Positions 1 to 12,222 of a stretch of 64,000 nt of DNA are shown here, one piece after another. The stretch is from assembly GCA_951406725.2 (NCBI GenBank), contig OX597830.1, forward strand, positions 22,010,001 to 22,074,000. Direction: 5' to 3'. Position 1 is the first letter of the stretch. Each line of letters opens with the position of its first letter. The stretch is from Octopus vulgaris (lineage: Eukaryota). The notes under the pieces are model-generated. The model made no database searches. It was not told the origin of the DNA and saw only the letters and a program-made list of their open reading frames with translations. The position numbers were made by a program, and so were the translations under genes.

Positions 1-910
1 TGCTCCCGCCTTCCCTTGAAATTCCTTTGCTATCCTTAAAAGCTCAGACAGACGTTCAATTGCCAGGCCCACCTCATACTCCTCTTCCTCTGGATCTGAC
101 GCTTCCTCCTCCTCTTTGTTGGCAAACTTCATTAACTCCAACAAATCTTTGTCTATCGGGGTTTCAAAGTGGGCATCCATGAGGTCGTTGACCTCATCTT
201 CTGTGATGTCAAAACCTTTGCCAGTTTCACCACATTGTTAACAGCCTCATGCTGAATATCTTCAGGTGAGAAGCCCTCGTAGTCCTGGACATACTCTGGC
301 CACACCTTCTTCCAGCAAACAATGAGGGTTTCTTTGCTGTCAATGGTCTTGGTTGCAGTTCTTCAGTACCTTCTGTTCTGTCTCCTCTGTCAAACTGCTG
401 GTATAATTTCCGAGCTTTCTCACAGATGATTTTATCCCTCAGGGAGATGTTTTTCTTCTTGCAGTCACTGATCCACAATGCCAAGGCAGATTCCATCCTG
501 ACGAAGTGCTTATTTCTCACTATCATTATCTTTTTGGCAGTTTCACAGAAACTTACTGCTACGATAGTCCTGATCGCCATCTCGTTTGTCTTTACATAGC
601 GTATGATGCTTTTGTTGACAACATAATAGTGACCAACTGCAGCATAACTTTTACCTTCTGGGAACATACCCAGCAGTTGTGCCTTCTCATGGAGCGTCAT
701 AACCTTTTTCTGGTGCTTAGGTTCACTGCCAGAAGTTTTAGAAGGTGTAGGGAATTTGGGCAACATCTTAAGGCTTTAATAACACATTGTGAAAAACACA
801 GACTCAACAAAATACTGGAGAAAGCTACTGGACGCAGTCTTTCCAAACAAAAAAACTTCATTGCATCTAATATTGCGCTTACCACCAATGGGAAATTGAG
901 CAGAGATTAA
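1..910 (-). mobile_element. Tigger/pogo-type DNA transposon fossil (CENP-B-type HTH N-terminus; DDE domain apparently deleted)
   Basis: ORF 227..766 reads KKVMTLHEKAQLL...SYAAVGHYYVVNKSIIRY...MESALALWI...IICEKARKLY, typical of Tigger/pogo HTH_psq plus CENP-B HTH. It is followed directly by an acidic C-terminal-like segment (1-230). Boundaries approximate. Confidence 0.8.
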
Positions 911-1239
911 AAATAATCATGGTTTTGAAAAATTTAGTTTGTATTACCAATAGATATAGTAATCTATACTATAATAATAAGAGAGAGAGGGGGACCAGCA
1001 AGTAACCTAATTTCAATGAGGCTATATTGGCTCACAACCTTAAAAATTATCCTGTTGAAATAAATGTTGTGTATTCATGGCGTTAGGAAAGACATCCAGA
1101 TGTAGAAACTCTGCCAGATCAGATTGGAGTCTGGTGCAGCCATCTGGTTCGCCAGACCTCAGTCAAATCATCCAACCCATGCTAGCATGGAAAACGGACG
1201 TTAAACGATGATGATGATGATCTATATATATATATACAT

Positions 1240-2822
1240 CATCAGCATCGTTTAATGTCCATTTTCCATGCTGGCAAGGGTTGGATGGTTTGACTGAGGT
1301 CAGGAGAGCCAGCAGCTGTACCAGGCTCCAATCTTATCTGGCAATGTTTTTACAGCTGGATACCCTTCCTAACGACAATCACTCTGAGAGTGTAGTAGAT
1401 GCTTTTTATGTGCCACCAGCACAGCAGCCAGTCAGGCCGACCTGGCATCGACCACGTTCAGATGGTGCTTTTTATGTGGGAGACAATCAAGCGGACCTGG
1501 CATCAACCACGTTCAGATGGTGCTTTTTCTGTTCCACCGGTACGGGAGCCAGTCTGTGGGAATTGACCACAGCTACAATATTGGTTTTATTTGACTTAAC
1601 AGATCTTCTCAAGCATATCATATCGCCCAGCACATCAGGGGTATTCTTTACAGGGCCAGACATGCATGGCTGCGATATCACTTTAGTTGCTGGTTCTTCT
1701 CAATCACAGCATAGCTCCAAAGGTCCCGGTCTCCTGTCAATGCCTCTGCGAGGCCCAATCTTCAACGGTCATGCTTCACCACCACATCCCATGTCTTCCT
1801 GGGTCTACCTCTTCCACAGGTTCCTTCTACAGTTAGGGAGTGACACTTCCTCACACAGCTGTCTTCATTCATATGTAACACATGACCGTACCAGCGCAGT
1901 TGCCTCTCTTGCACACCACATTTGATGCTTCTTATGCCCAACTTTTCTCTCACGGCACTTACACTGTCGTGTATGTACACTGACATTACACATCCAGTGG
2001 ATGATACTAGCTTCATTTCTTTCAAGCCTATACATGTCCTCAGCATTCATGGTCCATGTTTCACTGCCGTGAAGCATGGCTGTTTGCACACATGCATCAT
2101 ACAGTCTACCTTTCACCCTGAGTGAGAGGCTCTTGGTCGTCTAGGTAGTGGAAGCTATTAACTACTTCCAATTTCTCCCCCTGGCATGTGATGGAATCTG
2201 TCTTATGTACATCTTCAGTATTTATTGCCCCTGTACATCTGCCACACATAAAAACTATTTTCCTGGTTAACCTTCCTTTTATGTATCCATAGCTTACACC
2301 AGATACATCGTATGGGGTTTCTACCCACGCCTTTTCCACAGATTGAGCAGGGCCATCTACCTGAATGGGATTGTGATTTGACAGCTTTCCTACTTACTAA
2401 GACCCTGGTTTTTGCTAGCTTAACCCTAAGGCCCTTCAATTCTAGACCTTGCTTCCACACTCTAAATTTCATCTCCAGTTCTGGCAGTGACTCAGCTATT
2501 AGAATAAGGTCATCCGCATAGAGGAACTCCCGGGGGCAGCCTGTCTTGAATTCCTCTGCTATTGCCTGGAGGACTATAATGAATAAGAGGGGGCTGAGGA
2601 CTGATTCATGGTGAAACACTACTTCTACTCGGAATTCTTCACTATACTTGTTGCTAACCCTCACCTTACTGACAGCATCCCTGTACAGGGCTTGTACAGC
2701 TCTTACCAGCCACTCGTCTATCCCCAGTTTCCGCATTGACCACCAGATAAGGGAGGGGTGGACCCTGTCAAAGGCTTTCTCCAAGTCAACAAATGCCAAG
2801 TACAGAGATTTATCCTTGACTA
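1240..2822 (-). mobile_element. 5'-truncated RTE-like non-LTR retrotransposon (RT core, C-terminus, 3' UTR, (GAT)n tail), frameshifted
   Basis: ORF 2215..2871 has AFVDLEKAFDRV, VLSPLLF and LYADDL. ORFs 1865..2116 and 1762..2046 give MLHGSETW, RQLRWYGHV and RGRGRPRKTW. The 3' end, read on the plus strand as catcatc..tttaacgtcc, is shared with many short copies in the window. Confidence 0.9.
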
Positions 2823-3183
2823 GGTATATAATATAGATATACATATGTTGTATATATGCACACACATACATACATACATATGTTTATATACATTCATGCA
2901 TATATATATATATATGTACATGTGAGTGTATATCATGTATATAATATATATATCTATATATATTGATAGATAGATAGATAGATATGAGTTTAACAAAAAT
3001 TTTGATTCAGATGAATATGGTACAAAAGACGAAGACAGGTGGTGTACAAAACAAACAGTTGAGGCACCAGAATTTAGTATGGTATTATCCATACAATTTC
3101 AAAATAAGCAACAAGGGTATCCAATAGATGTATACATATATATAAATATAAATATATATTATTTATATATATATATATATATA

Positions 3184-3521
3184 AAGGTAAAGACCCCCCT
3201 TCGGTCATGAATGACCATGGGATTGCACCTAGAAAGTTACCCTTCTAGACACAAGTCCGGGCAAGGTTGTTTATGGAAGACCAGCAGTCGCCCATGCATA
3301 CCAGCCTCCCCTCTCCATGCCACCAGTGTTATCCAAGGGAAAGACAAAGGTCGATACAGCTTGGCACCAGTGACGTCGCAACTCATTTCTACAGCTGAGT
3401 GAACTGGAGCAACGTGAAATAAAGTGCTTTGCTCAAGAACACAACACGCAGCCCGGTCCGGGATTCGAGCTCACAACCTCACGATCGTAAGCTCGACGCT
3501 CTAACCACTGAGCCATGCGCC

Positions 3522-3524
<3 letters not shown>
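3184..3524 (-). mobile_element. tRNA-derived SINE, family B (second long copy at 49209..49533)
   Basis: Minus-strand head GGCGCATGGCTCAGTGGTTAGAGCG...GAGCTCGAATCCC has A/B boxes. The body is near-identical to 49209..49533. Confidence 0.8.
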
Positions 3525-3567
<43 letters not shown>

Positions 3568-3764
3568 TGCAGGAATGGGTGTGTGAAAAGAAGCTTACTT
3601 CCCAACCATGTGGTTCTAGGTTCAGTCCCACTGCGTGGTACCTTGGCCAAGTATCTTTGGGCCAACCAAAGCCTTGTGTGCGGATTTGGCAGACGGAAAC
3701 TGAAAGAAGTCTGTTGTATTAGCCACTACACACATTTTTTTTCTCTCCTTGTTTTTTCTGTGTA

Positions 3765-3802
3765 TCTTTCTGTAGAAGAGCGTAGGCTCGAAACGTAAAA
3801 GA
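3765..3802 (+). ncRNA. Minimal type I hammerhead-like motif (core CUGUAGA variant) in a short repeat; inverted copy at 3970..4007
   Basis: TCTTT-CTGTAGA-A-GAGC gtag GCTC-GAAA-CG-TA-AAAGA: helices I and II, palindromic ACGU helix III and a GUA site. A6 is U. Confidence 0.5.
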
Positions 3803-3894
3803 CTTTTTCTATTCCTGAGCGTTATACTAATATATCTGTTTGCTTTGTACACCACCTGTCTTCGTCTTTTGTTTTTTTCGTAAACTCCCCCTAC

Positions 3895-3926
<32 letters not shown>

Positions 3927-4064
3927 ACAAAAACAGATGTATTAGTATAACGCTCAGGAAAAGAAAAAGTCTTTTTACGTTTCGAGCCTATGCTCTTCTA
4001 CAGAAAGGGACACATATATGCGCACACACACATGTATGCATATATATATATATATATATATATA

Positions 4065-4314
4065 CTTGCTGCAAGTATAGATGGGCTGGACACGTCGCCC
4101 GGCTCACCGATAATTGGTGGACGCATGCAGTTGTCGAGTGGTACCCGCGTGAGCGGAAAAGATCACCCGGAAGACCTCCACGACGGTGGAGTTGCGATTT
4201 CAGGGGGACGATTGGGGTCACGTGGATGAGAAAGACGCGATCCAGAGAGGAGTGGACAGCATGCTGTGACCAGCAGTGTCAAATGGACGCCTGACGGACT
4301 GGTCGGTCAAAGTG

Positions 4315-4315
<1 letters not shown>
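4065..4315 (+). mobile_element. 3' fragment of a second RTE-clade LINE
   Basis: KYRWAGHVARLTDNWWTHAVVEWYPRERKRSPGRPPRRW matches the RTE ORF C-terminal motif. Confidence 0.75.
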
Positions 4316-4356
<41 letters not shown>

Positions 4357-4504
4357 TGCATATACAGATACATAGGCAGAAGACAGAATTTAAAAAAATT
4401 GTGAAAATTCGTAAAAATAAAAAGTTATGAGGGGTTTTAGTAAATGCTTACATCATAACTTCGCCGATATATATGTATGTATATACATACACGTGTGCTT
4501 AGAT

Positions 4505-4560
<56 letters not shown>

Positions 4561-4756
4561 GTGTACAAATACAGATACATACATATATATATATATATAA
4601 ACACACGCACACACATAAACTCATGTATATATATATATGTGTGTGTGTGTATATACATATATATATATATATATATGCATGTGTATACACTCACACAAAA
4701 CCGAAACTATGCCAAGATATGAATTTAACCATATACACATCGATATATACATTTAT

Positions 4757-4801
<45 letters not shown>

Positions 4802-5128
4802 CATACCTACTGAAATGCTCTACACACACATATAAATAACATAGTGTAATCTTGTGTGTAAAATGGGGACGTTCCTCATCTATTTGTGTGTATACACCTT
4901 TTTATTTATCTATAAGTGTAAATATTCATGACGTGTAGCATACATTCTTTCGTAAATGTTTTTTACCTAAACTGATTCGAATTGTGAGTATATGTGAGTT
5001 TTTCATAAGCAAACAAGTGACGTACAAACCACCAAGTAAATTTCTTTTGAAAACCCTTCAGACCTCCCCGCTGTTTTCGATTCCAGAGAAAACGAAGAAG
5101 GTCCGTCCAATGGGCTGTTTTTACTTAC

Positions 5129-5233
5129 CTTCTCGCAAACTCCGTTGTTCTTTCTACTCGATTCTTCTGGTGCGTTTTCACATCTTAAACGTTTCCCTTC
5201 AACATCTCGGTCAGCTAAATCCATGTGAAGAAA
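5129..5233 (-). CDS. Candidate coding exon of an unidentified gene continuing left of the window
   Basis: Pyrimidine-rich ...ttgtccag acceptor, then 105 nt open frame (FLHMDLADRDVEGKRLRCENAPEESSRKNNGVCEK) and a perfect AG|GTAAGT donor. Non-repetitive and relatively CpG-rich. No homolog recognised. Confidence 0.35.
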
Positions 5234-6777
5234 CTGGACAATGTTGAAATTCGGAGAAATACAGAGAGTCGGGGGATAAGAAATGGTGTAAGTAAGGTGG
5301 GGGGAAAAAATTTGAGAAAATGAAAAGAAACAAAAATACTAAGCTAATGATTTATGCAGAGAGAGATTCAGTGAAAAACAAAAAAATGGAAACTATAAAT
5401 AAATTAAGAAGAATAAATTATATATATATACTTATATATACAAATATATATATATATATATATTTATATCTTCACACAGATATAAATATTACTTAAAACA
5501 ACAACAAAACTAAGCCGAACAGAAGAGAAGAGAAATCCCGCAGCCAAATACATACATGAAATAATTTTCTCAAAAGAATAATTGCAAATTAATGTTTTAA
5601 AATATTGTTAATAAATGTAGAAATAACTAAAATAAAATAAATGTTTTTTCAATGAAAAACATTGACGTAATCAAATTTTATATTTCGACATTTTTTTATT
5701 GTTATCTGTGTCGCTTGAAAACTTGTGGAGTGATGTGTATGAATCGGGTATGTACACACATGAAAATAATGTGTGTATATATATATATTATATATATTTA
5801 TATATAACCTGGGGAAAATGCCCAAAATATAGAAAAGAATTCTTATATCTATAAACATTAAATGATTAGATTCATTTTTAAATTGTATTAAATGTAAACT
5901 AGAAAAATGTAGAAACCTTTACAAAATTTGACTGAATAAGCAGTAGAGAGATAAATAAAGTATAAGACAGTCGATAACTACAATAGCAGTAATTCCAGTA
6001 AACAGTTAAAGACTGGAGAATTTGGAAGACGCGCCAATACTTGAGGAATGGGAACCCGAAAATACACTATCACTTTTCGAGATTAGTTTTTGTTTATGTC
6101 ACTTTCTTTATTTTTAACTGTTTATTTTACCTTCTCTTTTAGATGTAATTTAAATATGACGTCTGAAACTGAATTTAAAAAAGGAAAGATATATTTAATG
6201 GATTTTTCAAAATGAACCTCTATTCAAACTAGATTATCTGCCCTTGACTACATTTTCCTTTTTTTTTTTTTTTTTTTTTTTCAAGGTTAACTTTAGTTAA
6301 ATCTGGGACGTAGTTAAGGGAAAACTGTCAGGTGTATAATAATACCTTTATCGATTATTATTATTAACAATAATAGTAATATTGCATTAGGGCGGAGAAA
6401 GGCCTGAAGAACGTGTAAGGTGTCATACTAAGTTTCAAATAAGATAACAGAATGGTGAAACCAAATAATAGACGCAACATGCATTTTCTGCACATACCGT
6501 ACTATATTCGATATATATGTGTATGTATGTATGTATATATACATATATATATATATATGTATGTATCTATGTATGTATATATACATACAAACTTACATAC
6601 GTATGTTTTAATATCTATTTCTACATATATTTTCAATAATAAATCTCAGACCGAGTTATAATTGATTAACCCTACAGTCTCTTATGTGGTGGTTTAATAA
6701 AGTATGTGATTGAGTATTATCTGGTAATCGATATTTGATTTTGATATATTTCTCCATTTTCTTATCTTGTATATATA

Positions 6778-6832
<55 letters not shown>

Positions 6833-7132
6833 GCATAAATTTTCATATATAAATATATATATATGCATACACATATATATGGAGAGAGAGAGTGCTTCTC
6901 CGGATTTATGCTTTCTACACACGATATATATATATATAATCGTTTGTAGAAAACATAAATATGAAGAAGAAGCATGCTCTTAGATGTAGAGCAGTTTATA
7001 TTTTACTCGGGAAGGCCAGTGTATGGCATTACCTTGAGTTTCCCATCCATAAAGGGAAACCAGGATAATCCCATAAACCAGCCTTCCCCAGTTATATATA
7101 AGTATATATATGTGTGTATATATACATATATA

Positions 7133-7344
7133 CAAGGTAGCCCAAAAGTAGGTTTACAGTTATTTGACTATCCCTTTCGCATTCATAAATTAACAGTTTA
7201 GATCTTAATTATAAAAAAATATGAAATCATTATTCTATGCTAATTTAGTTGATTGTAAGATAGAAATTTAAATGTAATAAAATGTTTTAAAAGAAATTTA
7301 AAGTGCCTACATAATAACTGTAAACCTACTTTGGGGCCACCCTG
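7133..7344. mobile_element. Tc1/mariner-type MITE
   Basis: Inverted termini CAAGGTAGCCCAAAAGTAGGTTTACAGTTATT / AATAACTGTAAACCTACTTTGGGGCCACCCTG, embedded in (TA)n. Confidence 0.7.
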
Positions 7345-7345
7345 C

Positions 7346-7380
<35 letters not shown>

Positions 7381-7663
7381 TAATGAAAATGGGGATGAAA
7401 ACATAGAATCTTTCACTGGCTTCACTGTTTAGCATCCGTTTTCCATGCTAGCATGGGTTGGACGATTTTGACTGAGAGCTGGCAACCAGATGGCTGCACC
7501 ACGCTCCAGTCTTGATCTGGCAGAGTTTCTACTTATGATGATAAAACTAGATGAAGTATTATCGAGATTGATACTGCTGTTGTTAAAGATTAATCAATGC
7601 AAATTATTTGTGCAAGTTGTTAGTTCAATAAAGATGTGAACCTTTTCATGATGCTTGTTATCC

Positions 7664-8000
7664 TTTACCTTACCTCACTATATCATCATCATCTTTTAAC
7701 GCCCGCTTTCCATGCTAGCATAGGTTGGACGGTTCAACTGGGGTCTGGGAAGCCAGAAGGCTGCACCAGGCCCAGTCTGATCTGGCAGTGTTTCTACAGC
7801 TGGATGCCCTTCCTAACGCCAACCACTCCATGAGTGCAGTAGGTGCCTTTTACATGCCACCGACACAGGTGCCAGACGAGGCTGGCAAACAGCCACGATC
7901 GGATGGTGCTTTTTACGTGCCACCGGCACGGAGGCCAGTCAGGGCGGTGCTGGCTACAGCCACGTTCGGATGGTTCTCTTACGTGCCACTGGCACAAGAC
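7664..8000 (-). mobile_element. RTE-like LINE 3' UTR fragment (same family as 1240..2822)
   Basis: Shared catcatcat..tttaacg..ttccatgctagcat..ctggatgcccttcctaacgcc block. Further copies at about 10165-10500, 12730-13080 (opposite strand), 24745-25080, 27700-27860 (opposite), 36090-36460, 59085-59380 and 61435-62190. Confidence 0.8.
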
Positions 8001-8148
8001 AATATACTAATGTAGTACCTCATACGTTTGAAGGTAGATATTAAGCTTGAAGTCAGCTCTTACTGAACAGACCTGGGTGATCCAGTAATAACTATCCCAG
8101 CTTTCGTTTTTCTAGACATACTGTACCAAAACTACATTATCAAAAATA

Positions 8149-9370
8149 TCAGGTCATCGAGAATGAAATGTCAAATTTTGAACTGAAAGTTTATTTTACT
8201 TTATCTCAACAAAAAGCAATGCAGTTAATCAAAGTATGCATCTGAGTTATCAATACAATTTTGCCATTTTATCAGTAGCTTACTTATGCTGGCAATAAAG
8301 AATTCTGGAGAGCAAGAGGTGATGAAATCACAAGAGGCTGTTTTTGCATCTTCTTCAAATTTGAAGTTTTTTACTTGCTAAAAGTTGTCTAATGCTTGGA
8401 AAACGTGATAGTCAGTTGGTGTAAGGTATGGTGGATGACAGAGTACTTCCAAGTTCAGTTCCTGTAACTTGAGCAAAGTTCTTTGTGCAACATCTGGTCG
8501 AGCAGTGTCTTGCAAGAGAATTGGCATGTCTCTATTGACCAATCTCGGTTATTTAATTGCAAGTTCACTCATCATTTCATCCAGTTGGTTGATGTATACA
8601 TCTGCTGTAAGTGATTTACCAAGTCTCATGAAAAAGTAATGGATGACACCAGCAAACAGACACCATTAGCTTTTTTTTGGTGAATATTCTTTTTTGGATT
8701 GCATTTTAGCAGTGTCCCTATCCAACCACCATGGAGAACGCTTGCTATTGTTGAAAAGAATCCATTTTTCATCACACATAACAATACAATGCAAAAATGG
8801 TTTGGTTTTACGCTGAGACAGCAAAGAACAGCAAGTTTCAAGACGACGTGTCATTTGATACTCGTTCAGTTTGTGCAGTAACCACTTGTCCAGCTTCTTT
8901 ACCTTGCTGATTTGTTTCAAATGGTCCAATGCAGTTGGAATCGAAACATCAAACCTTGCTGCCAACTCAAGCATAGTTTCCAGCTCATCATTATCCATCC
9001 TGATCTCAGGTCTGCCATGGGGCTGATTTTCAAGAGAAAAGTCACCAGACCAGAACTTCTTAAACCATGATCGTACAGTGTATTCATTCGCCATATCTTC
9101 ATCAAAAACCTCATTGATGTTTCAAGCTGTTTAGGATGAATTGATTCCACGATGGAATTCATATTCATAAACAACACAAATTTTTTATCTATCCATGGGT
9201 TCACAATAATTGATTTACAAGAGAAAACTCACACCATGAATTGCATTTCAAAAAGGGATGATGTAACCCTTCAATGTTGTAAAACAAAGAATTGTCAGGA
9301 TAAAACATTAGAGTTGACGACTGTCAAACTTGGTGCATAAGAAAATCAGACATTTCATTCCTACAAGAAC
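8149..9370 (-). mobile_element. Degenerate mariner transposon (about 1.2 kb)
   Basis: ORF 8666..9094 has TVRSWFKKFWSGDFSLENQPHGRP, WLLHKL (a WVPHEL derivative) and IVMCDEKWI. Imperfect TIRs GAATGAAATGTC / GACATTTCATTC. Confidence 0.85.
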
Positions 9371-11399
9371 AAAAGGCAAGTAATTTCAAGAAGACTTCAC
9401 AACAATTTTTAGCAGCTCAAGTAACCACAGAAAGGCTTCCATGCTGGTTCATTGTTTGAAAGCTATCATGGTATATTCTGCCTTGATTATGGTAGTTACA
9501 GCTTTATTGTTTACTAACACCAGTAAAAGAGATGATGTTTCTAAGAGTATCATAGAGAACTGGAGTAACTGAGTAATGCTTAAATGTGATGAGGACAATG
9601 TTCCAGAAGAATGACCACTTGATAGGAGCTGGGAGTTCCATGCTGGTATGGGTTGGATGGTTTGACAGGAGCTGGCAAGGCCAGAGAACTGCACTGGGTT
9701 CTGCTGTTGGCTTTGACATGGTTTCTACAGCTGGATGCTCTTCTTAATGCCAACCACTTTAGAGTGTACTGGGTGCTTTTTATGTGGCACCAACACCAGC
9801 AGGTTGCCAAGTAACTTGCAAGACAAAGATCTCCTCAGCTGAGATGGAATGGTTCTGAAGGAGGTGGCTTTGTGCTGGTTGAGAGGTTGAGAGGGATAGA
9901 GATAGGGGGTCTTACTATAGGGAAGATATTTGGTTACCCCAGTAAGAAAAGAAGGAAAGAGAAATAGTGCTTGAAATGCATCTGAACCTACCCACAAGGT
10001 AGTGGGGGAGGGAGTATAGGTGGTATAGAGGGGGATGTTTCATAAGAATATGAGGGGAGATGCTTAGAGATGGAGAAAGAAGTGACTATAGTAAGTGATG
10101 GTGAGAGAAATTGGATTATATAAACATCATTCCTGTTTGAGAATAGTATACATATATATATATATATCATCATCATCATTTAACATCTGTTTTCCATGCT
10201 AGCATGAGTTGGACGGTTTGATCGGGGTCTGGAAAGCCAGGAGGCTGCACCAAGCTCCAGTCTGATCTGGCAGTGTTTCTACAGGTAGGTGCCCTTCCTA
10301 ACACCAACCACTCCAAGAGTTTAGTGGGTGTTTTTTACGTGCCACCGGCACAGAGGCCAGGGGTGGCTGGCAACAGCCATGATCGGTTGGTGCTTTTTAC
10401 ATGCCACTGGCACGGGTATCACAACTACAATTTCCATTTGATTTTTATTTTGATGTTGATGTACTTGACTCAATAAGTCTCCTCAAGCACAGTAGGTCAC
10501 CATATGATCCAAACTATTCTTAAATGGGAATGATGTTGACAGTGACTTCGAAGTTTCAGCTATCATAGCTGGCCGAAACTTCAGTCACTGACTGCAACAA
10601 CATTTCTGTTTAAGGATAAAGCATTTGTACTCTATAAAAGTATAAATTAACCCAATCAGATTAATGTAAAATTGTTTTTATTATAACTGAACATAAAAAC
10701 AAATATTAATATGTGTGTATTTATATATGTGTGTACGTGTGGAGGAGAGAGATCGGCCACAGTGCACGAATTCCACTCCATTGCTCTTTAAACCCCAGGT
10801 GGTGGTGCTTTCTGTGAACATCTACGGAAAGCAAGGCTCAACTTATCCCAGGAGAATCAACTGTAGTAATATTAAACTTAAGGCATTAATCACGCCTGTT
10901 AACAGAGTGCCCTAGATTTCCCTTTCAGATTACCCTAAAGAGGTGAATACCATATTTTAACATGTATAAGGAACCCCCTAATTTTGGGGACTTAAAATTT
11001 GGAAAAAAGGTTTTGTAAGAGATTATAATACTATAAGAAACTCCCATATTTTTTTAACCTAATATTTGACAAAAAAGGGTTCTTTATACATGTTAAAATA
11101 CAGTACATGGCTTGCCCATCTGAAAAAATAGAGAAAGAGCTGAGGTCAAGGTTTTTCAAGATGAATATGAAAGACAATAGAATAGAGAAACATCTAGAAA
11201 TTATTAACTTATCTCACTTCACCTGTTACATATTCTTTACTCTTTTACTTATTTGTCAGTTGACTGTGCCCATGCTGGAGCGCCGGCTTTAGGATAAAGA
11301 TTCATGCGCTTGCTTTAGCTCTGAAGTTCTCAATCTATTATAACCCATGCACCCTTTTCTCTCTTTTTCTAGATCCTTTTCTTTCTTTTTTTTTTTAAA

Positions 11400-12222
11400 T
11401 AATTGGTTAACCATTGTGAGCTGTCAACCCAGCCAGATGCACAATGAAGAGAACATGGTAACCCATAATCCTGCAAAGCATCCTGGTACCAAAGAACTTC
11501 TGGCAGCACCTAAGGGCCCCAGACAGTGCCCAAATCTTGCAACTATAGAGCAGGGTAAGGAGGACTAGTGACTTAAAGACCTGAACTTTTGTCCTCCTGC
11601 ACAGATATCGGCAGTGCCAAACACCCTTGTCCAATAAGTCCGTGAATCCACCAGCTCACTCAAGTCTTTTCAGGGCTTCAGACTTGGAGCTAACACTGTT
11701 ATGAATCTCACTGCTGAGATAAGTGAAGTGGTTAACAACTTTGACAGTCTCACCTGCAACAGAGACAAATGAGATGGAGCCCTCCAGGAAGCTGGCAGAC
11801 TAGATCTTTGTCTTGACCCAAGAGACTCTAGGGCCAAGTGGTCCCGTTTCCTCTGTCAGTGAAAGGGGAATGCTCCTTAAGATATCCAGTGATTCAGCAA
11901 GAATAACTGCATCATCAGCAAAATCTGAGTCTATAATCTTAGTTTCGCCAATGAGTGCACTATATCTCAATCAAGCCACCATTCAGCTGAGTATCCAATC
12001 AATGCAGGCATTGAACAGAGTGGGAGCCAAAACACAACTCAGATGAATCCCAGATCTAATTAGGGAAAAGTCAGATGTTGAGCTCCCAATCAAAACTGCA
12101 CTGATTGTTCTGGTATACAAAGCCATCATCAGCCCAATTAGTTCAGGAGGTATACTTTGTAGATCCAGCATCGTATAAAGCACATCCCTGTCCACCAAGT
12201 CAAACACCTTGCAAAGGTCATA
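11400..12222 (-). mobile_element. Degraded RTE-clade RT remnant (third LINE family)
   Basis: DLCKVFDLVDR, VLAPTLFN, DFADD (near 11910-11925) and RRTKVQVFKSLVLLTLLYSCKIW, broken by stops and frameshifts. Confidence 0.75.

Noticed and set aside
4437-4835. ORFs rich in YI/HT/CV dipeptides (also about 6650-6980, 16390-16690, 18150-18660, 25680-26040, 27840-28180)
   Set aside because: Translations of (TA)n, (CA)n, (TATG)n and trinucleotide microsatellites.
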